A stretch of DNA of 64,000 nt from Felis catus. Lineage: Eukaryota. Below are positions 63,305-64,000 of this stretch, piece after piece. The notes below the pieces were generated by a model, which searched no databases, was not told where the DNA came from, and saw only the letters and a program-made list of their open reading frames with translations. The position numbers were made by a program, and so were the translations under genes. The DNA lies in assembly GCF_018350175.1 (NCBI RefSeq), contig NC_058368.1, positions 194,620,001 through 194,684,000 of the forward strand, written 5' to 3'. Each line of letters begins with the position of its first letter. Positions within the stretch are counted from its first letter, which is position 1.

Positions 63305-63517
63305 CAGTGGTTCTCAAACCAGGGTTGATTTCCTCCCCAGGGGACATTTGACAACATCTGGGAACATTTTTAGTTATCACGACTGGGGAGGAGAGATTGC
63401 TGGCATCCAGTAAGTAGGGCTAAGGATGCTGCTCAATATCCCACAACACACAGGACAGCCTCTGACAAAGAATTATCTGGCCCAAAATGACAATAATGCC
63501 AAGGTTGAAAAACCCTG
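63305..63517 (+). mobile_element. Full-length MER20 hAT MITE
   Basis: cagtggttctcaaa...ccccaggggacatttgacaac...aagaattatctggcccaaaatg...gttgaaaaaccctg; degenerate 8-bp TSD ctctatat/ctgtatac. Confidence 0.9.
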
Positions 63518-63977
63518 CTGTATACTGGTAAAAGCACCTACACATCTGTTTTACACATTGGATTCTTATAGCACCCTTGGGATAAAACCAGGCCAATATC
63601 CACATTCACCTCCAAATATTTCCTTATAATGAGGTGGATGTAGACAGACACACCCATTGTTAAGTTGAGAAAACTGAGACCCAAGGAAATAAAGCGAATG
63701 GCCCAAGGCCACAAAATAAAGTGGTGGCAAAGTCAAGATTTGGCTTTTTTTTTTTTTTTTTTTACTTCCAATGCTGCCTCACTTTTGGCCATTCTTAAGA
63801 AATGTGATAAACATTTCTCTCCTCTAGCAGGTAAGAGTGGCACGAGTCAGAAAACCTTAAAGTGGAAAGCAAATACATTTTCTTAAGCGATCATAAAATA
63901 TTAGCTTGGGAAAGATCTTTCGATCATTTTACAGATGGGGAAAAAATAGTGGCCAATGTCATGAAGTAAATGCATTT

Positions 63978-64000
63978 GGGGGCACCTGGGTGGTTCAGTT
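63978..64000 (+). mobile_element. Start of CAN-SINE (cut by window end)
   Basis: gggggcacctgggtggttcagtt. Confidence 0.85.

Noticed and set aside
1..64000. Assignment to a named host gene or a novel multi-gene system
   Set aside because: No recognisable exon or protein; the locus cannot be identified without alignment

Overview
Mammalian nuclear DNA, not prokaryotic. It is almost certainly a felid (cat-like carnivore), because it carries about 24 tRNA-derived CAN-SINEs of the feline SINEC_Fc type. The window is AT-rich, CpG-depleted and repeat-dense: CAN-SINEs (many with clear TSDs), old L1M and carnivore L1 fragments, long L2 remnants, very many MIRs, MaLR/ERVL/ERV1-type solo LTRs, hAT and Tigger MITEs, and microsatellites. 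I cannot support any protein-coding exon, RNA gene or CRISPR array. The ORFs I inspected are short and explained by repeats or chance, so this is probably a large intron or intergenic region. I did not find a new multi-gene biological system. The most interesting observations are structural: a perfect 26-bp-arm hairpin between oppositely oriented L2 pieces (23.5 kb); an LTR-like RNA apparently retrocopied by L1 (poly(A) plus 13-bp TSD) nested in a Tigger MITE nested in a MIR (18.4-19.2 kb); a degenerate ~24-bp tandem array behind a MamSINE1-like head, split by an L2 (26.0-26.6 kb); an exact 21-bp copy apparently templated into a purine microsatellite from 2.3 kb away; a forkhead-motif-rich LTR with mismatched flanks (50.7-51.4 kb); and several repeat-free candidate enhancers. 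Repeat family names come from my recall of consensus sequences, not from a search. Boundaries without a TSD are approximate.
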